This document shows, in pieces, positions 1-15,911 of a stretch of DNA of 64,000 nt. This DNA is from the human T2T-CHM13v2.0 reference genome, Homo sapiens. The translations under genes were made by a program, and so were the position numbers. The number at the start of each line of letters is the position of its first letter. Position 1 is the first letter of the stretch. The notes beneath the pieces were generated by a model that saw nothing but the letters and a program-made list of their open reading frames with translations, made no database searches and was not told where the DNA came from. Location: assembly GCF_009914755.1 (NCBI RefSeq), contig NC_060925.1; one strand, given 5' to 3'.

Positions 1-622
1 ATGCTTGGTATTTCTGAATGACCTCTGGAATATGTGGACAGCATATTGTTATTCAATGATAATTAAGAATAAGTTGAAGTACAGTGATGCCACCTTGTAC
101 TTATCATTTTGCATTTAACAAAAGGACGTGGACATGCATTATCGTATTTGAGCTTGACGAAAGCCTGTGATCACCGGTTCACAGAGCACAGAGGTTTTGG
201 GCCTTCCCCAAAGTAACACGACTTCAGAGGAAAATGAGAATTCCTGCTAAGAAGTGGCCATCCTTGGTGTATAAGCCCCTTTATCCCTTTAGCCATGATA
301 TTTGGGAGATTTTTTGCTGAAGGGTTTTAACATGACCCCATGTCAAGACTAAGACCAAGATCTTCTCACATAGCTGCAGAGGATCACACACAGAGGGTGT
401 CTTTGGCTGGTGAGGGGCTCATGAGATGGAGCATAGCAGGGGCCTCCTAGTGTATCCTTCAAAACCAAAATTAGGCTTTTCATAAGCTCAGTCTCTGAAC
501 TCAGTGCTGTCTGGCTCCTTTCCCATCTTTCCCCTTGGAGGAAAACTGAAGAATTAAGCTGTTAGAACTAGACTTCTCTAATAAGCCTCAGTGTCACAGG
601 TTGTCACAGTTGTTGCATTTTA

Positions 623-710
623 TTTTGTTTTTATTTTTATTTTTTCTTAATTGGGCAGCCTCTCCCCCAGCCTTTTCCCCCAAACCAGAATAAGTTCAGA
701 GAGACTCCCA
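623..710 (-). mobile_element. Short poly(A)-tailed retroposed insert with an ERV1-LTR-like body
   Basis: T-rich tail 623-648, ~62-nt body, flanking direct repeat gttgcatttta at 612-622 and 713-723. Confidence 0.65.
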
Positions 711-928
711 TGGTTGCATTTTAAAGGTCATCTAGTTCTGTCATTACTCCTTGAATCCTGTCATAAGATCCTGGCTACTCGCAGGGATGTTGCTTGAACC
801 TTTTGTAGGTAACTCTGTTTGAAGGCTCTTCACTGTACTGAGCTTGGGCTGTTCTGAGATTTATCACCCCCACCCCATCCTTTAAGTACTACAGAAAAAA
901 TCTTTATCAGGAGAGGTGGGGACACGGG

Positions 929-1075
929 ACAGTGGAAAGAGTGTGGACTTGGGATCAGATAGACTTGATTTGCAAATTTCCAGCTACCTTTCTGTTTCAG
1001 CTGTATACTGTTGCACAAGTGACTTGCCTGCTGGAAACCTCAGTCTCTTCATTCACACAATGAGAATGGTGGGGA
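929..1075 (+). mobile_element. MIR
   Basis: MIR core-like caagtgactt...cctcagtctcttcattcacacaatgag. Confidence 0.6.
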
Positions 1076-1699
1076 TTGGAAATTATCTAGCCAACCTAGT
1101 AGGCACTATCAATAAGATAGCATTTATATGAGATTGCCAGATGTCATTAAAAATGAGATTATGTCGAAGAAAGCCCTTTGTAAGTTGTTTTCAAATGTAG
1201 GCACTGCTCCTAGAAAATCACTGGAAGTCTCTTTGTGTAGCTGATTTATCAAGTAATCTAATGGGCCAACAAAACTAATGACTCCAAGAATGGCTTCCTA
1301 AGATGTGTCCTACTGAATCAGGCTCAAGCCTGCCCACAGGTTCCTGATGCTAATAGTTACAAACTGAGGAGTAGAGGCAGACCCCAGGGCCATTCTGGTT
1401 TGTTTGATTCTGGATGGCAGAGAAAGGGAGGGCTTCCATCCACAAGCTTTTTGATACTGCTCCTGTCTTGAGATTTGTGACCTTTTCTATGTTCCTGCCT
1501 AGAAAAGTCTTATTGACATCAGATTCTGAAAGTAGGTGCACCCTTTCCTCTTTGGCTGTCAATGTTCTGTTAATAATATAAGCTTATGTTTACTGAGTAC
1601 TTACTATGTTCATATTTATTACCTTATTTAATCCTTATGGCAATTCTTAGAGGCAAATGCTAGTATTATCATATTTTAAAGATACAGAAATAAAGTGAG

Positions 1700-2140
1700 T
1701 CCCTGCTCTTTTGCTGTTCCCGTCTATCAAGGTGAACACCTAAAGAGGCCACTATAATACACAGTATGATAAGTGCCAGGATGCAAAGAATGGAGAAATT
1801 CATTGTGCTCTGGAAGAGCCAGAGACACTTCTAAAAAGAGGTGACACTAGGCTGGACCTTCAAGGATGAATAGAATTTGCCAAATGTAAAGGTTTCTAGG
1901 TGAAAGACTGACATGGCATGGGTGTGGTGGTGCTTGGCATATTTGGAGATTGGAAGTGATGTGGTGCACTTAGGGGCTGGGGCAGAGTCCAGTATGGCAG
2001 GGGTGGGAGGGGAGTGGAGGGGAGACAGCAGGGTGCCCATTAAGCTGGAAAGGGAGTTTGGGGTCAGAAGGTACAAAAATTGACATGCCGTGGAGTTGTC
2101 TCTTTGGGATATCTGAAATGTATCAAGACTGTGCACTTGT
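1700..2140 (-). mobile_element. L2 fragment
   Basis: Degenerate L2 3' region (gtccctgctct...aggctggaccttcaaggatgaatagaattt). Confidence 0.5.
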
Positions 2141-3804
2141 TAGAGGTTAAGAGAGAGAAAAGGATGGTTAAGAATTGAAGTAGGCTTGCTTGGTACCATG
2201 CTGTCTATGTTCCTGGAAAAGGCATGCCCAGCTACAGAGGGTAGTGCTTTCTCACCTTGAACCCAGTAACCTCAAGGGCAGGTAGTGTCTCTCCTAGCCT
2301 TGGATGGAAGAGTCTCATCCAAGCCCAATTATTCTTTTAGACACGAGGGAACCGAGGCCTGGGAAGTTGATGATACCCTATATGAGATCTACAGAGAAAT
2401 CAGTTGTACCACTACCTTCTCTTAATGCTCACTCCTGAAAAGCCCCTCCCATATTGCACATCTTAAATCCCTTCACAGCTCAAGTGGTTACTGTACAAGG
2501 CCTGTTCCCACCTGACCTTTTTGTTTCTTCTGCCCAAGGCAGACTTGTGAGAAAAGGTGGTCTGATTGAAGGCTGGGAAATTAGGATTGATGACTCTATG
2601 TTGCCTGGCTATGAGACTTACAAAATCCTTTTAGGATTCTGGGATCCTTCTCTGAGATATTTGAAAGGGTTCACCATGCCATGAAGTTCATGTCTTTTTC
2701 TATGTCCCCCCACCCCCACTGGCATTATTCTACATGGAAATGACTGTGATCTGGAAGGCCCATAGACAGCAAGAACACATCTGTGTCCTCTGCAAGAATA
2801 GAAGCTATAGTTAAAGGACCTGTGCACCCACAGAGGAATGGACGTGGAATTAGGCATAGTATATAATTAGAGTAGAGCTATGGAGAAGGCACATTTTGGC
2901 TCCTAGAGCTCCCCAGCTTCCTTCTGACAATAAAAAAGGGGTAATGTGCAGTTAGTTGTTTTCAATAAAAGGAAGCAAAGGGATCAACTGGAGTTTTTAA
3001 AAGTCTGTCTGTGTTTAGGCTGCACCGATTGCCTGTCCAAGGCAGTCTGACCTGCGTCAGGCCATCCTGAGGGAAGAGAGGTCACAGTTGGCCCCCCCAC
3101 ATCCAGAGGGAAATTTTAAAGTTCAGTAAACTACTGGGCAATTATGGATTGCTTGGCACACCAAAAAGTGATTTTGTCTTTGAAGCTGATGCTCAGACAA
3201 CATCTCTGAGTCTCCGCTGTGCCCACTGAGGTGGACCCGTGGCCCCCTCGCCCACCATGAAAGAAAGAGCAGGCTGTTCTGAAGACATCTTTATTCCTGC
3301 TGAAACATGGGGGACCTGGTCCTTTCCTTGCTTGTCCCTCTCTGGATCTTATCCCTAGGTCATTCCCAAAGTACCATTTCCAAAGAAGGTCACCGTATGT
3401 CGGGAGCCGCTGAATAGCTGATCCCTGAGTTGGCTGCCTGAACACTAATAACTTTCTCCATCCTGGTCCCTTCCAGACATTGTACACTCTAAGGCTGCTG
3501 TGCGTTTAGAGGAAGATACTTCCGCTCTCAGCACTAGTAATAACTATTCACAATCATAATGAAGAGAAAAATCGCTCTTGTCAGAGTATCAGTGCCAGTT
3601 GAAAAGGCAGCTTGTTTGTTTTAATGTTGCTGTATCTCTTCAAGTTGGAATATGATGGCGGTCTCAGAATTGGCCTTCTCAGCTGAATGTGCTTGCCCTT
3701 TAGAAGGCACTCTATACAGGGTTCGTTATTCCACTGGCTGCTTGATATCCTACAGGGGAGCCTATTCTTGAGCTCGATGTCAGAAGATGAGCGTTGGATT
3801 AGCA

Positions 3805-3950
3805 CTGAGAAGTCTGGGGGAGTCACTTACATCGAATCATTTGGCCTCTGAATTGTGGTTTTCTCAACAGTAAAATGGGGGTAATCCTAACCTGGCTTAC
3901 AGGGTTATCAGGCTAGGATGAAATAGTATATGTGGAGGTGCTTGGTGAAA
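3805..3950 (+). mobile_element. MIR
   Basis: ttttctcaacagtaaaatgggggtaat...cagggttatcaggctaggatgaaata. Confidence 0.55.
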
Positions 3951-6559
3951 CACTATGAAGACCTAAAGGATTGGGATTAACATTCATCATTGTTATGTGA
4001 CTTAGCTGTTTGAGAGCGATTAATTTCCTTTTGCTTTGTGATACATGTTGAACACCTATTGTGTACTAAGAGACCTTGTCCTGGGCCTGGAGCTAGGACA
4101 CAGGAGTGGGAAGATGACAGATTCAGTATCTGTGCTTGTGAAACTTACAAAGGCACCCTCGCCCGATAGAGAGGCTGTTCTTCCTGTACCGGTCCCATAT
4201 GCACCTGCTTTCAAGTAAAGCAGACCTCTGCCTAGCCTTCAGTGATCTCTAATCCAGTGCTACAGTCAGACAGCAGCACAGCTTGCTTCTGGCTGAAGAA
4301 CATTCTCAAGTGTTTAAGATCACTGAAAAGAATTGAGAGGAGTTATCAATTTTCCCTGATCAAAACCCCTCTGGCCAATGAATGTACTCAGATAGTATCT
4401 CATGGGTGCTCTGTGGTACAGTGTATATGGGTGCTTATCAACTATTCAAGGAACATATGTTCTTTATTGGTAACCTTTCAGGCACTACACACATAGAAGC
4501 TGAATTAAGGTATTCAGATGCAATTGTAGAAGTCACTATTTTTTCACTTTTCTGACACAAGGAAATTTTTCAGACATGTCTAACCTTTAAGAGTAGATTA
4601 GTGAAACCAATGTAATATGTGAGAAATAAACATCTTCAGTGACATCACTGAGGCACCCTGACATACGAGAAGTGATTCCACTGACTTTAGGATATACTTG
4701 AGTACACATAGGTAAGCCCCATGCAGGCTTTGTGTAAAATTCCCATCTCTATATCTTCATTTGCTATTTGTTAATTTTTGTTATATATGTACCACTCCAC
4801 TATGGTGCTCTATTTACTTTCACCCTCACACATTTATAAACCACTGGCTTTAATCAAGAAACACTTCTTTAAAGAGGACTTAGTAAATGCTTTTCAGGAA
4901 GCACAGAACAGCCATTGACTTGGAACTAACTAAAAGCATTTGTCGTGCCCCCACCCCGGTCTACACAACCACTAGTGAGAAAAGAAAGCAGGAAAGCTTT
5001 GGGAACCACCTGAGTTTTTTTTGCACCTCCATTGCAAAGACTTCTTGAATGTTCCTAAAGAAAACAGAGAGAGCTATATGACAGATCTTAAGCTTCCCCA
5101 AAGAAAAAAAAAAACAGCTTATTTTTTTCTTAAGAATTCTCCTTCCATTCTCAAAACGACTGTGCTTTCCAATAAGTTGGGACCCGCTGGATTAACTCCT
5201 TGGAGACCCTAGCTGCCATTTTTCAGTCAGTTTTTTCTCCCAGTGTCCCGAGAGCAGGTTAAAATTCAAACATTTTATAGCCTCTGTGCACAAAAATAAT
5301 GAGATTGAAGCTAAACTATAGGGGCTTGCTCTCAGCTAGTTCAATTGAATTAAAATAACACATACTTAAACATTTTAAAGTACTTAGCCAGGGTCTAGTT
5401 CTGCAATGGAGATTCTTAATTTAAAGGCTGTTTTTCTTCCTCTCACAAACAGTGGCCCAACCTTGAAGAACAGAAAGCTGCTTAGCACCCAAATGAACAT
5501 GATTCCTTAAAACAAGCATAACACCCTTGGCTCCATTCCAGATCTCGTTCATGCCACAGTTCATCTGGATTCCTATAATTCCTGTATGTTCCCATATCTT
5601 AATTGCCCATAGCTGTGTTGCCAGTACAAACAGGATGAGGGAAGAGTGCACACCCTTAATGAATACATCTACCAACCCTAAGAAAGCACCATCATTTGAA
5701 ACTCTCAATATTCTTTCTGGCACTAAATGGCCATCTACTGAAGTGCTAATATGGATATCTGGTAACTTAACGTTTCTTCCGAGCAATGCTTACTCCCTAC
5801 TATCTTTATATTCTAGATAGAGGGCTACCATTTGGCATAAACAAAAATTCAGACTTTCCATTCAGCTTTTCAAGGAAGTATATTTTGAAACGAATTCCTC
5901 AGAGTGCTGATTAATAGAGGATGGGCATTCTGGGCTAAGGTGGGTTCCAGAACCTTCCTGAGTTCTGTCCCACTGGCCATTTTCCTTGATGATTTGCAGT
6001 AGGACACAGCTGGCCTACTGGTCCCCCTTGAAGAAGATGTGCTGCTGGGCAAACTGGAAGACTCATTGTGGTGGTAGTGTGTGCCTGTACAGGTCCAGAG
6101 CCCCTGCCCGTAGACTTGGCTGTGTCCCTGGAGTTGAGCAGCACAGTGGGAAGTGCCTAGTACAGAAGAAGCACCTCAGAAGGAATAAGTTCTAGTGTGA
6201 ATTCAGGTCCTTTTCCACCTAAACAAACTTGAAGACCTTTGTTCCTTATCTGTGAGTTTTGGGGATTGAATGAAATAACATCAACGATTCTTCATTTTAT
6301 TACACAACACTGTGCCCTGCAGTATCATTTAACAAATGAATGCACAGGCTCACCACATCAGACTTCAAATCCTTCTCAGCATATTTAAAATGAGGACTCA
6401 AATCAAATAAGTATACCCTGAATAGGAGTATATTGTAAATATTGCACAGGGTGTAAGCGTAAGATGATGACATCTGCAAAACTGTTTGTGTGGAAAAGAC
6501 CAAAGACTTGTAATTTATTAGACATTCAGAATACAAAGAATGTATGATGTGAGTGCAAA

Positions 6560-7350
<791 letters not shown>

Positions 7351-8673
7351 GAGAGAAACTGTCTTGTCTTGTCTTGTAAAGAAAATTGCAGTAAGAAGAG
7401 TTTGATGCTTATAAGAGAGAGCACCTAGTAGGTGCCAGGCAACCCCTTTGTGTGCTATCATTTCTAATTTCAATAAAGACTTGCAGAGAAATTGAACATC
7501 AGCTGTCTTTGCTTTTTACTTCTCTAAAACTGGATAATCCAGACCATGTATTCCTCTTCGTATTTATTCACTCTCAAGCCATTAATTTAATGTGCTAGTA
7601 ATAACAGCCCATGCCACTTGGTTAAGTTGGTAAACAGCTTGCAATCCTAGCAGGGTGTGCCCCGCCACTTATTAGCTTAAGCTTTAGGGCAGAGCAACAA
7701 ATCAGCACAGTGCCTCAAAGTAATTAGGCAATTCCCTTACAGAAAAATTAGCCCACAAGCAAGAAGCTTACAGAAAACACAAAGAAAATCTCACAGTACA
7801 AGACATGCATTGGCCATTACATGCATCACTGCTATAATTTTGAAAAGATTAGAGAAAGATTTTCGGCTAATAATGACCCGCTACACCCATTAAGCATGTC
7901 AAAAGTCCATACTAGTCATTACAGAGCTGCAGGGGAAAGTGCATTCGTTTCTGGAAAGGGGAATGTTGGCGTTTATTTGTTGTGGGATAAGAGTGCTTTC
8001 TTTGCAGGGATGAGCAAGAATGTCCAATGCTGAGCAAGGATGTCCAGGGCTGTGTGGTTTAAGTCCTATTTTGCCAATGCTTGGTGTCATCCTGCAAAGA
8101 TTTTACCCTTCAGTTTCTTAATCTGTAAAAGAGATCAAAATAAAATGTGCTTCTAATCTATTAAAAGGTTAAGGATGAGATCCTAAATTTCCAAGTTTAA
8201 TTCATTAAAGGAATCAACACAGGCCGGCTTCCTTCTACTGATCTTGTTTGAAGCCTTTACTGCATTCTAGAATGGTATATGGTTATCTGTGTCATGGGCG
8301 CACTGGCCTCATTAAAAGCCATGAAAGAACCAAAAAGATGACTATTTTGCTCCCTGGATATCACAGCAAACAAAAGCACAGATTGAAGGGAAGTGAGAAA
8401 AAGAGGAGAGAAAGAAAATGGAGCAAAGGAAGTAGAAAAGATAGGAAGGGAGAGAGAAAAAGAAAAAAATAAAGTTATCTGCTTTAAGGGATGAGATTAT
8501 GGCAGAGAAGAGCTGCTTCAGTGGCCTGTTCCAGCTGTGAGGACCACCTGCCCCGATGAGGCCATTGGGAAGGGACATATCACATTCACGGTTTACCTGC
8601 CCACAAACGTGGGTGCAGCCATACTCTTCATGCTCATGGGCTCTGAGACTCCTCTACGTTAGGCATCGGCCTC

Positions 8674-8972
<299 letters not shown>

Positions 8973-10324
8973 GGCATTGGCCTCTTAACATCAACAGTTG
9001 GCCTGCCCTTTCAGCACCCAATGCTTTTACTGCTAACACCCAGTACACCCTACACAAACTGCCTGCACAACCCTGAGCCTGATGAGGAATGTAGAGGAAC
9101 TGAAGTGAAATAGGTGTCTCCGTGTAGGTGGGGTTTTATGAGGATGATGGAAACTTTGGAATAGAAACTGGAAACCCCATGTCTGACACAGTTCAAGAAA
9201 ACTAAACACCATGGGCCGGCACCACTGTTATTTTACTTTTTTTTTGCGCAGTGTAAGAAGGAGCCCAAACACTCATGCTGACAGTACGCACAGTCTCAAA
9301 TAGCAGTTAGATGAAGGCCAAGTCACGTAAGCTGATGCCGACACAATTAGACTCACCATTGCCAACAGCTCGTCAAGTCTGATATCATCCCCCTCTCGGA
9401 GACTCTGTCTTTACATAGCAGATGCTCTGGTGCTGTGTTACATGTAATAGGTGGGATGGCCGGAGAGAAAATCAGAAACCACCGCTGATGCGCTGTTTAT
9501 TTCTTAGTCATTTTATGTTAAATTGCTGTGACTTGAACGTCAGCAGTGTTTGGGATGTGGTAGTGAAATAAAATCCATATCCAGTGTGCCAAGACAAATT
9601 TCAGAAAACCCCAAAACACAATTGTCTTGGTTTCTTGCTGGCTGTGTCTGTGCACACACAAATAGTAGCTAGTTTATTGCCCTCCAACCACTCGGTGGGT
9701 TGCTTGTCTTGCCACACTCTGGGGAATGGCTAATGAACCCCAAACTACTTCCTTCAAAGCTGGGGATGTCAGGAATGAGGGGCCACTACACATTCATTAA
9801 GCATGTCAGAAGTCCACACCAGTCACTGCTGAGCTGCAGGAAAAGTGCAGTCATTTCTGGAAAGGGAAATGAGGGGGTTTGTTCTCTTCATTCTATGGGC
9901 TTGAGAATAAGAGCCAGGGGATACCACTGAGAACAGCAGCACTAGGCACCAATGTATGGGGATCTGAAAGACCCTGGGCAATACTGGTATTAGTAAAGTG
10001 CTTCTCACTGGGAAACTTTCACACTGGGTGAGCCCCCAGGTCTCCACATCAGGTGCGTTCTCTTAGGGAGTATCCGTGAAAATACTATGGCCTTGCATTA
10101 AAGTTTTTCAAGCTTTACTTCAAGGTCAAACTTATCTCTAGTGGAGGAGGAGCTGCTGCCTTGTTATTTTATTTGTATTTTGTTGCCACCACGCTCCATT
10201 GCATGTGTTGGTGTTTCTGCCTGGCATGGTAGTCATACCTTCAACTCAGGGCTCCTTTGCACAGAAGGCAGGATATTATACTGAAAAGCTTTGGATTCAA
10301 AGGCTAGCCTCACTTCGACTTTAG

Positions 10325-10677
<353 letters not shown>

Positions 10678-11749
10678 TTGATTTCTTTATCTGTGAAATG
10701 GGGATTAAAAAATGGCCTTTGCAGTGATGAAGTTAGTAAAGGTATTATAAAATGAGAAGGGGACATAAAATAGAATTCTGAGCCTGCAGTGAAATCAGGT
10801 CATTCTTTTTGGAGTAGGAAAGGTAGGATGGACATTTTTCATTCCTCTCTAGCTAGTTCATGACGCTGAGTAACCAGAAGGGAAGCCTGGTCAAGTGCAT
10901 TGTGGTTAGACCATCATAGTCTAGGGCAGAAGTTCTCAAACTTGAGTGTAAAAAAGAATTGCCTACTATTCACCCAGTAGATCTAATATGGAACCAAGTA
11001 ACAAGCATATTAATAAGCCTATCAGGTGATTTTGATGCAGGGGGTGAGTAAACAAATATCTAACTAACATAGTGGAATTTAGGGAAGAAAAACAATTTTT
11101 GGAGGCTCCATCGGTGGAGAGCATGATGTAATGGCAGAACTGGAAGTGGGCTGCCAGGCCATCTAGCTCACCCTGCCACCATATTCAGGAAGCCCCACTG
11201 CATCTTTTGGGACAGACTGCGCCTTGTGAGTACACAGGTTCTTCCAGGGAGGCCAGTGAGGTGTGATCTCTCACAACCTTGAAAGAGAGTGAGTTGTTTG
11301 GTTTCTTTTTTTTTTTTAATCTTCTAAATTTTTAGAAAATTATTTTTATATTGAGTCAAACTGTGGCTCCTTGGCTATATAGAAAGTAAGTCCCTGAAAT
11401 CTTTGAAATCCCTTGAGATTTGATATCCCTAAGTCTTCCCTTCTTCAGTCTGAGTACTACCAGTTTCTTTCAGTGAGGGGTGCTGATCCTGGCTGTACAT
11501 TTAAAATCATCTGAGGAACTTAAAACTAAGTCCACCCCAGTCAATTAACTAGACTTTTAGGGACTTCAACCCAGGCATCAAGATTTTCAAGTTCCTCCGT
11601 TGATTAAAATGTGCAGTCAAGGCAGACTACTACTGCAAATCATAGAGGAATCCTATTTTTCCAGTTTAAGAGCTTTAGAACTCTTCCTCTTTTCTCTGTC
11701 TTACTCTTTTTTTCTAGGTATAAAGCCTGATCCAAAGTTTAGGTGCTTG

Positions 11750-12449
<700 letters not shown>

Positions 12450-13323
12450 TCAAGGAGTTTGCTAAAATGCAGACCACCATCCATACTCTTTGAGAAAGAC
12501 TGTTATATAGGATCCATATATCCACTGCAATGAGCAGGAACCTGTGCTGCTTTGTAAGCCTCGTTTAGCTTTGCCTCTAGGAGGGGGACTAGCTTGGACT
12601 TGATGTTGAGGTAATCGGTGAGTACCTCAGGCAGGAGGATAAACAAAACCTCCAGGCCACTACCAATTCCGTTCATACCCACACCTTCTGTGTTTCACTT
12701 TGAACTACTGACCTTTCTGGCTTATCTTGGAAAATCCCCCACGAGGACACTGAGACCAGTGCTTGTCTGTCCTTGACAATTGTGGTCAGTGCTGACTCCA
12801 AGAAAGCTGATATTAAACACTAAAGCCTCCTTCTTCTTTTCCCCGGACTTTATCAATCTGCTTTTAATTGTTAACTAGGACTGGTTTCACCAGCTAGGAG
12901 TCAACCAGTATGTAGTCACACATTGGTTCTCAAACTTTGATGAAATGGTGCCATCAGACTTTCCTGGATGATTCACATTTATCACGGATTCCTAGGCAAG
13001 GCTGATGCCGTGGGCTGGGAGCCTCACTTTAAGAACCACTGCTTTAGCAAATACAGCAAATACCTATAGGTTCTTGACCCAAGCATTTCAACATTCACGC
13101 ACTTTCTTCCTGCCAGTTTTGTGGTGTAACCAATCTAAGAGGGAATAAACAATAGATAGATGGCTGAAGCATTGCCCTCCTGAAGGGCTGAACCCTAGAC
13201 ATCATTGGGGGACTTCTTGCAAGCCTCAAATCTACATTCTGTTTCAGAGCTCATCACATATGAGTGACATTGTAAGACCTTTATTCAGTTTTGTTTTTTT
13301 ATTAACCTTTAACTTTATTTTGA

Positions 13324-14255
<932 letters not shown>

Positions 14256-14923
14256 AACTTTTTAATAAAAATAGTCCTAATATGAACATTGTAGTGAAAG
14301 GTGAAATTGCTTGATGCAGAGCTGTTTAGTGGAAAGTTAGGATTTCTCTTGTCACCTTTTCTGATGGTCAGGTTTATAGTAAAACAGGTGAAATGTTAAA
14401 GGATAGTGGTGGGGAGTCTGTGAGAACTTTGGGGACTGGAATTGCTCCCTACTCAGTGGAAAGGAATTAGAGTATATAGCGTCATGTATAAACTGCCCCA
14501 GGACACTTAGCTCCTCCTGTTCTTTCTCTCCTCTTCTAATTTGGTCTGTCAGGCTATCAGAGCACTGTCTCTCGGGGGCATTCATGAAAGGCCCACTGAC
14601 CACCTGGCAGTTCTGTTACGGTATGGGAAGGGAGGCAGGGAGGAAACTGTGTGGAAATTTGTGCTAGACCCAGCGCTCCAACTTTCCATCTGCTTACTTA
14701 TAGAATCCTGACAATATGACCCAATACATATGAGGTAGAAAATTATTTACTTCATTATATAGATGAAGAAACAGGCTCAGAAAAGCCAGATAATATCCCT
14801 GTTGCCACAAAACTAGGAACTGGTTGATTCAGTTCAACCAGTTCATTCTTAACTGGATTAGAATTCAGATAGCCTTGAAGGTCCTTTAGTACTTAAGAAT
14901 CCTATAACTATATGAGGCTTCGG

Positions 14924-15911
14924 CAGGGCTAGCTACAAAATTTGCAGAATCCTTTTTCAATATGAAAATATGGGGTCTCTTGTTCAAAAAAAAAAAGAAA
15001 AGGAGTACTATTGAAGATGCTAAAATATAAAACTTTTTCCTTTGTTCCATGGTCTCCCTCTCTCTGTCTCTCTCGCTCTCCAACTGTCACGGTGTTTTTT
15101 TATGTGCTGTTTGATATTGTGCTCACTTGGGCATGGGGATGCTCCCAGAGTGACAGGAGACTTTCACGGGGACCTGAGACCCTTGCCCTAAAACTTGGAA
15201 CATGTAGTCCAGCAGCTGCTGGGGTCCCCCTGCCACAAGCCCACAAGATTGATAACACATTGAGCCAGGTATCTCCCTTCCCATGGGACTGCCACTTCAA
15301 CCCATAGGGTTGCAAACTCTGCACTGGGATGTGCTTGGTACCTGGATTAAGAGGGTGCATGAAAATCTCAGAAATCACCCATTAAAGAACTCATTCATGT
15401 CACCAAAAAGCACCTGTACCCCAAAAAGTATTGAAAACATTTTAAAAAAAGGAGTGGGTGAGAGACGTGCTTCTACTGGGTTGCTCCCTGAACATATTGT
15501 GGCACTGCCAGCTTGTGGTGGGGACAGCTGCCACCAGGCTTTTTCCTGAAATGGCATGGGTTGTGTGCCTGACCCCAACTGTCATTGGGTGGAGGAAAAC
15601 AGTGGCCACTGGGCGGGCCAGGGAAGGCAGGGTGAGACTGGGGACACCAGAAGGCAAGGGGTAGGAGGCAGAGAGTCCTGGGCAAGTGGACAGGTGACAG
15701 GAGGTGGGATGGCACAGGGCTGAGGTCCCCAGCCCTCTGTGCATGCTCCATTGTCCCATAAGACCTCGCTTACAAAGCATCAATTCAAAAATAAAATGAT
15801 TGAGAATTTCAAGATGGTGACTAGAGAGGCCACAGAGCACTAAATTCAGGTATGAGACCTTTCTGAGGATGGAGACCCTGTGCCCCTGTGCTGGCCACAC
15901 GCTCATGAAGT
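14924..15911 (-). mobile_element. MER45B-like hAT-Tip100 DNA transposon with an internal L1 3' fragment (~15350-15450)
   Basis: Both ends match MER45 termini (cagggctagctacaaaatttg...; ...gccacacgctcatgaag), ~1 kb apart. Confidence 0.7.

Noticed and set aside
5421-5820. Opposing 121-aa and 97-aa ORFs
   Set aside because: Non-ATG starts, no recognisable homology or exon structure; lengths compatible with chance
9009-9018. REST-like TTCAGCACC
   Set aside because: Left half-site only; no GGACAG half
14886-15906. Dense overlapping ORFs on both strands
   Set aside because: Lie in a GC-rich MER45-like element and use mostly non-ATG starts; no recognisable protein
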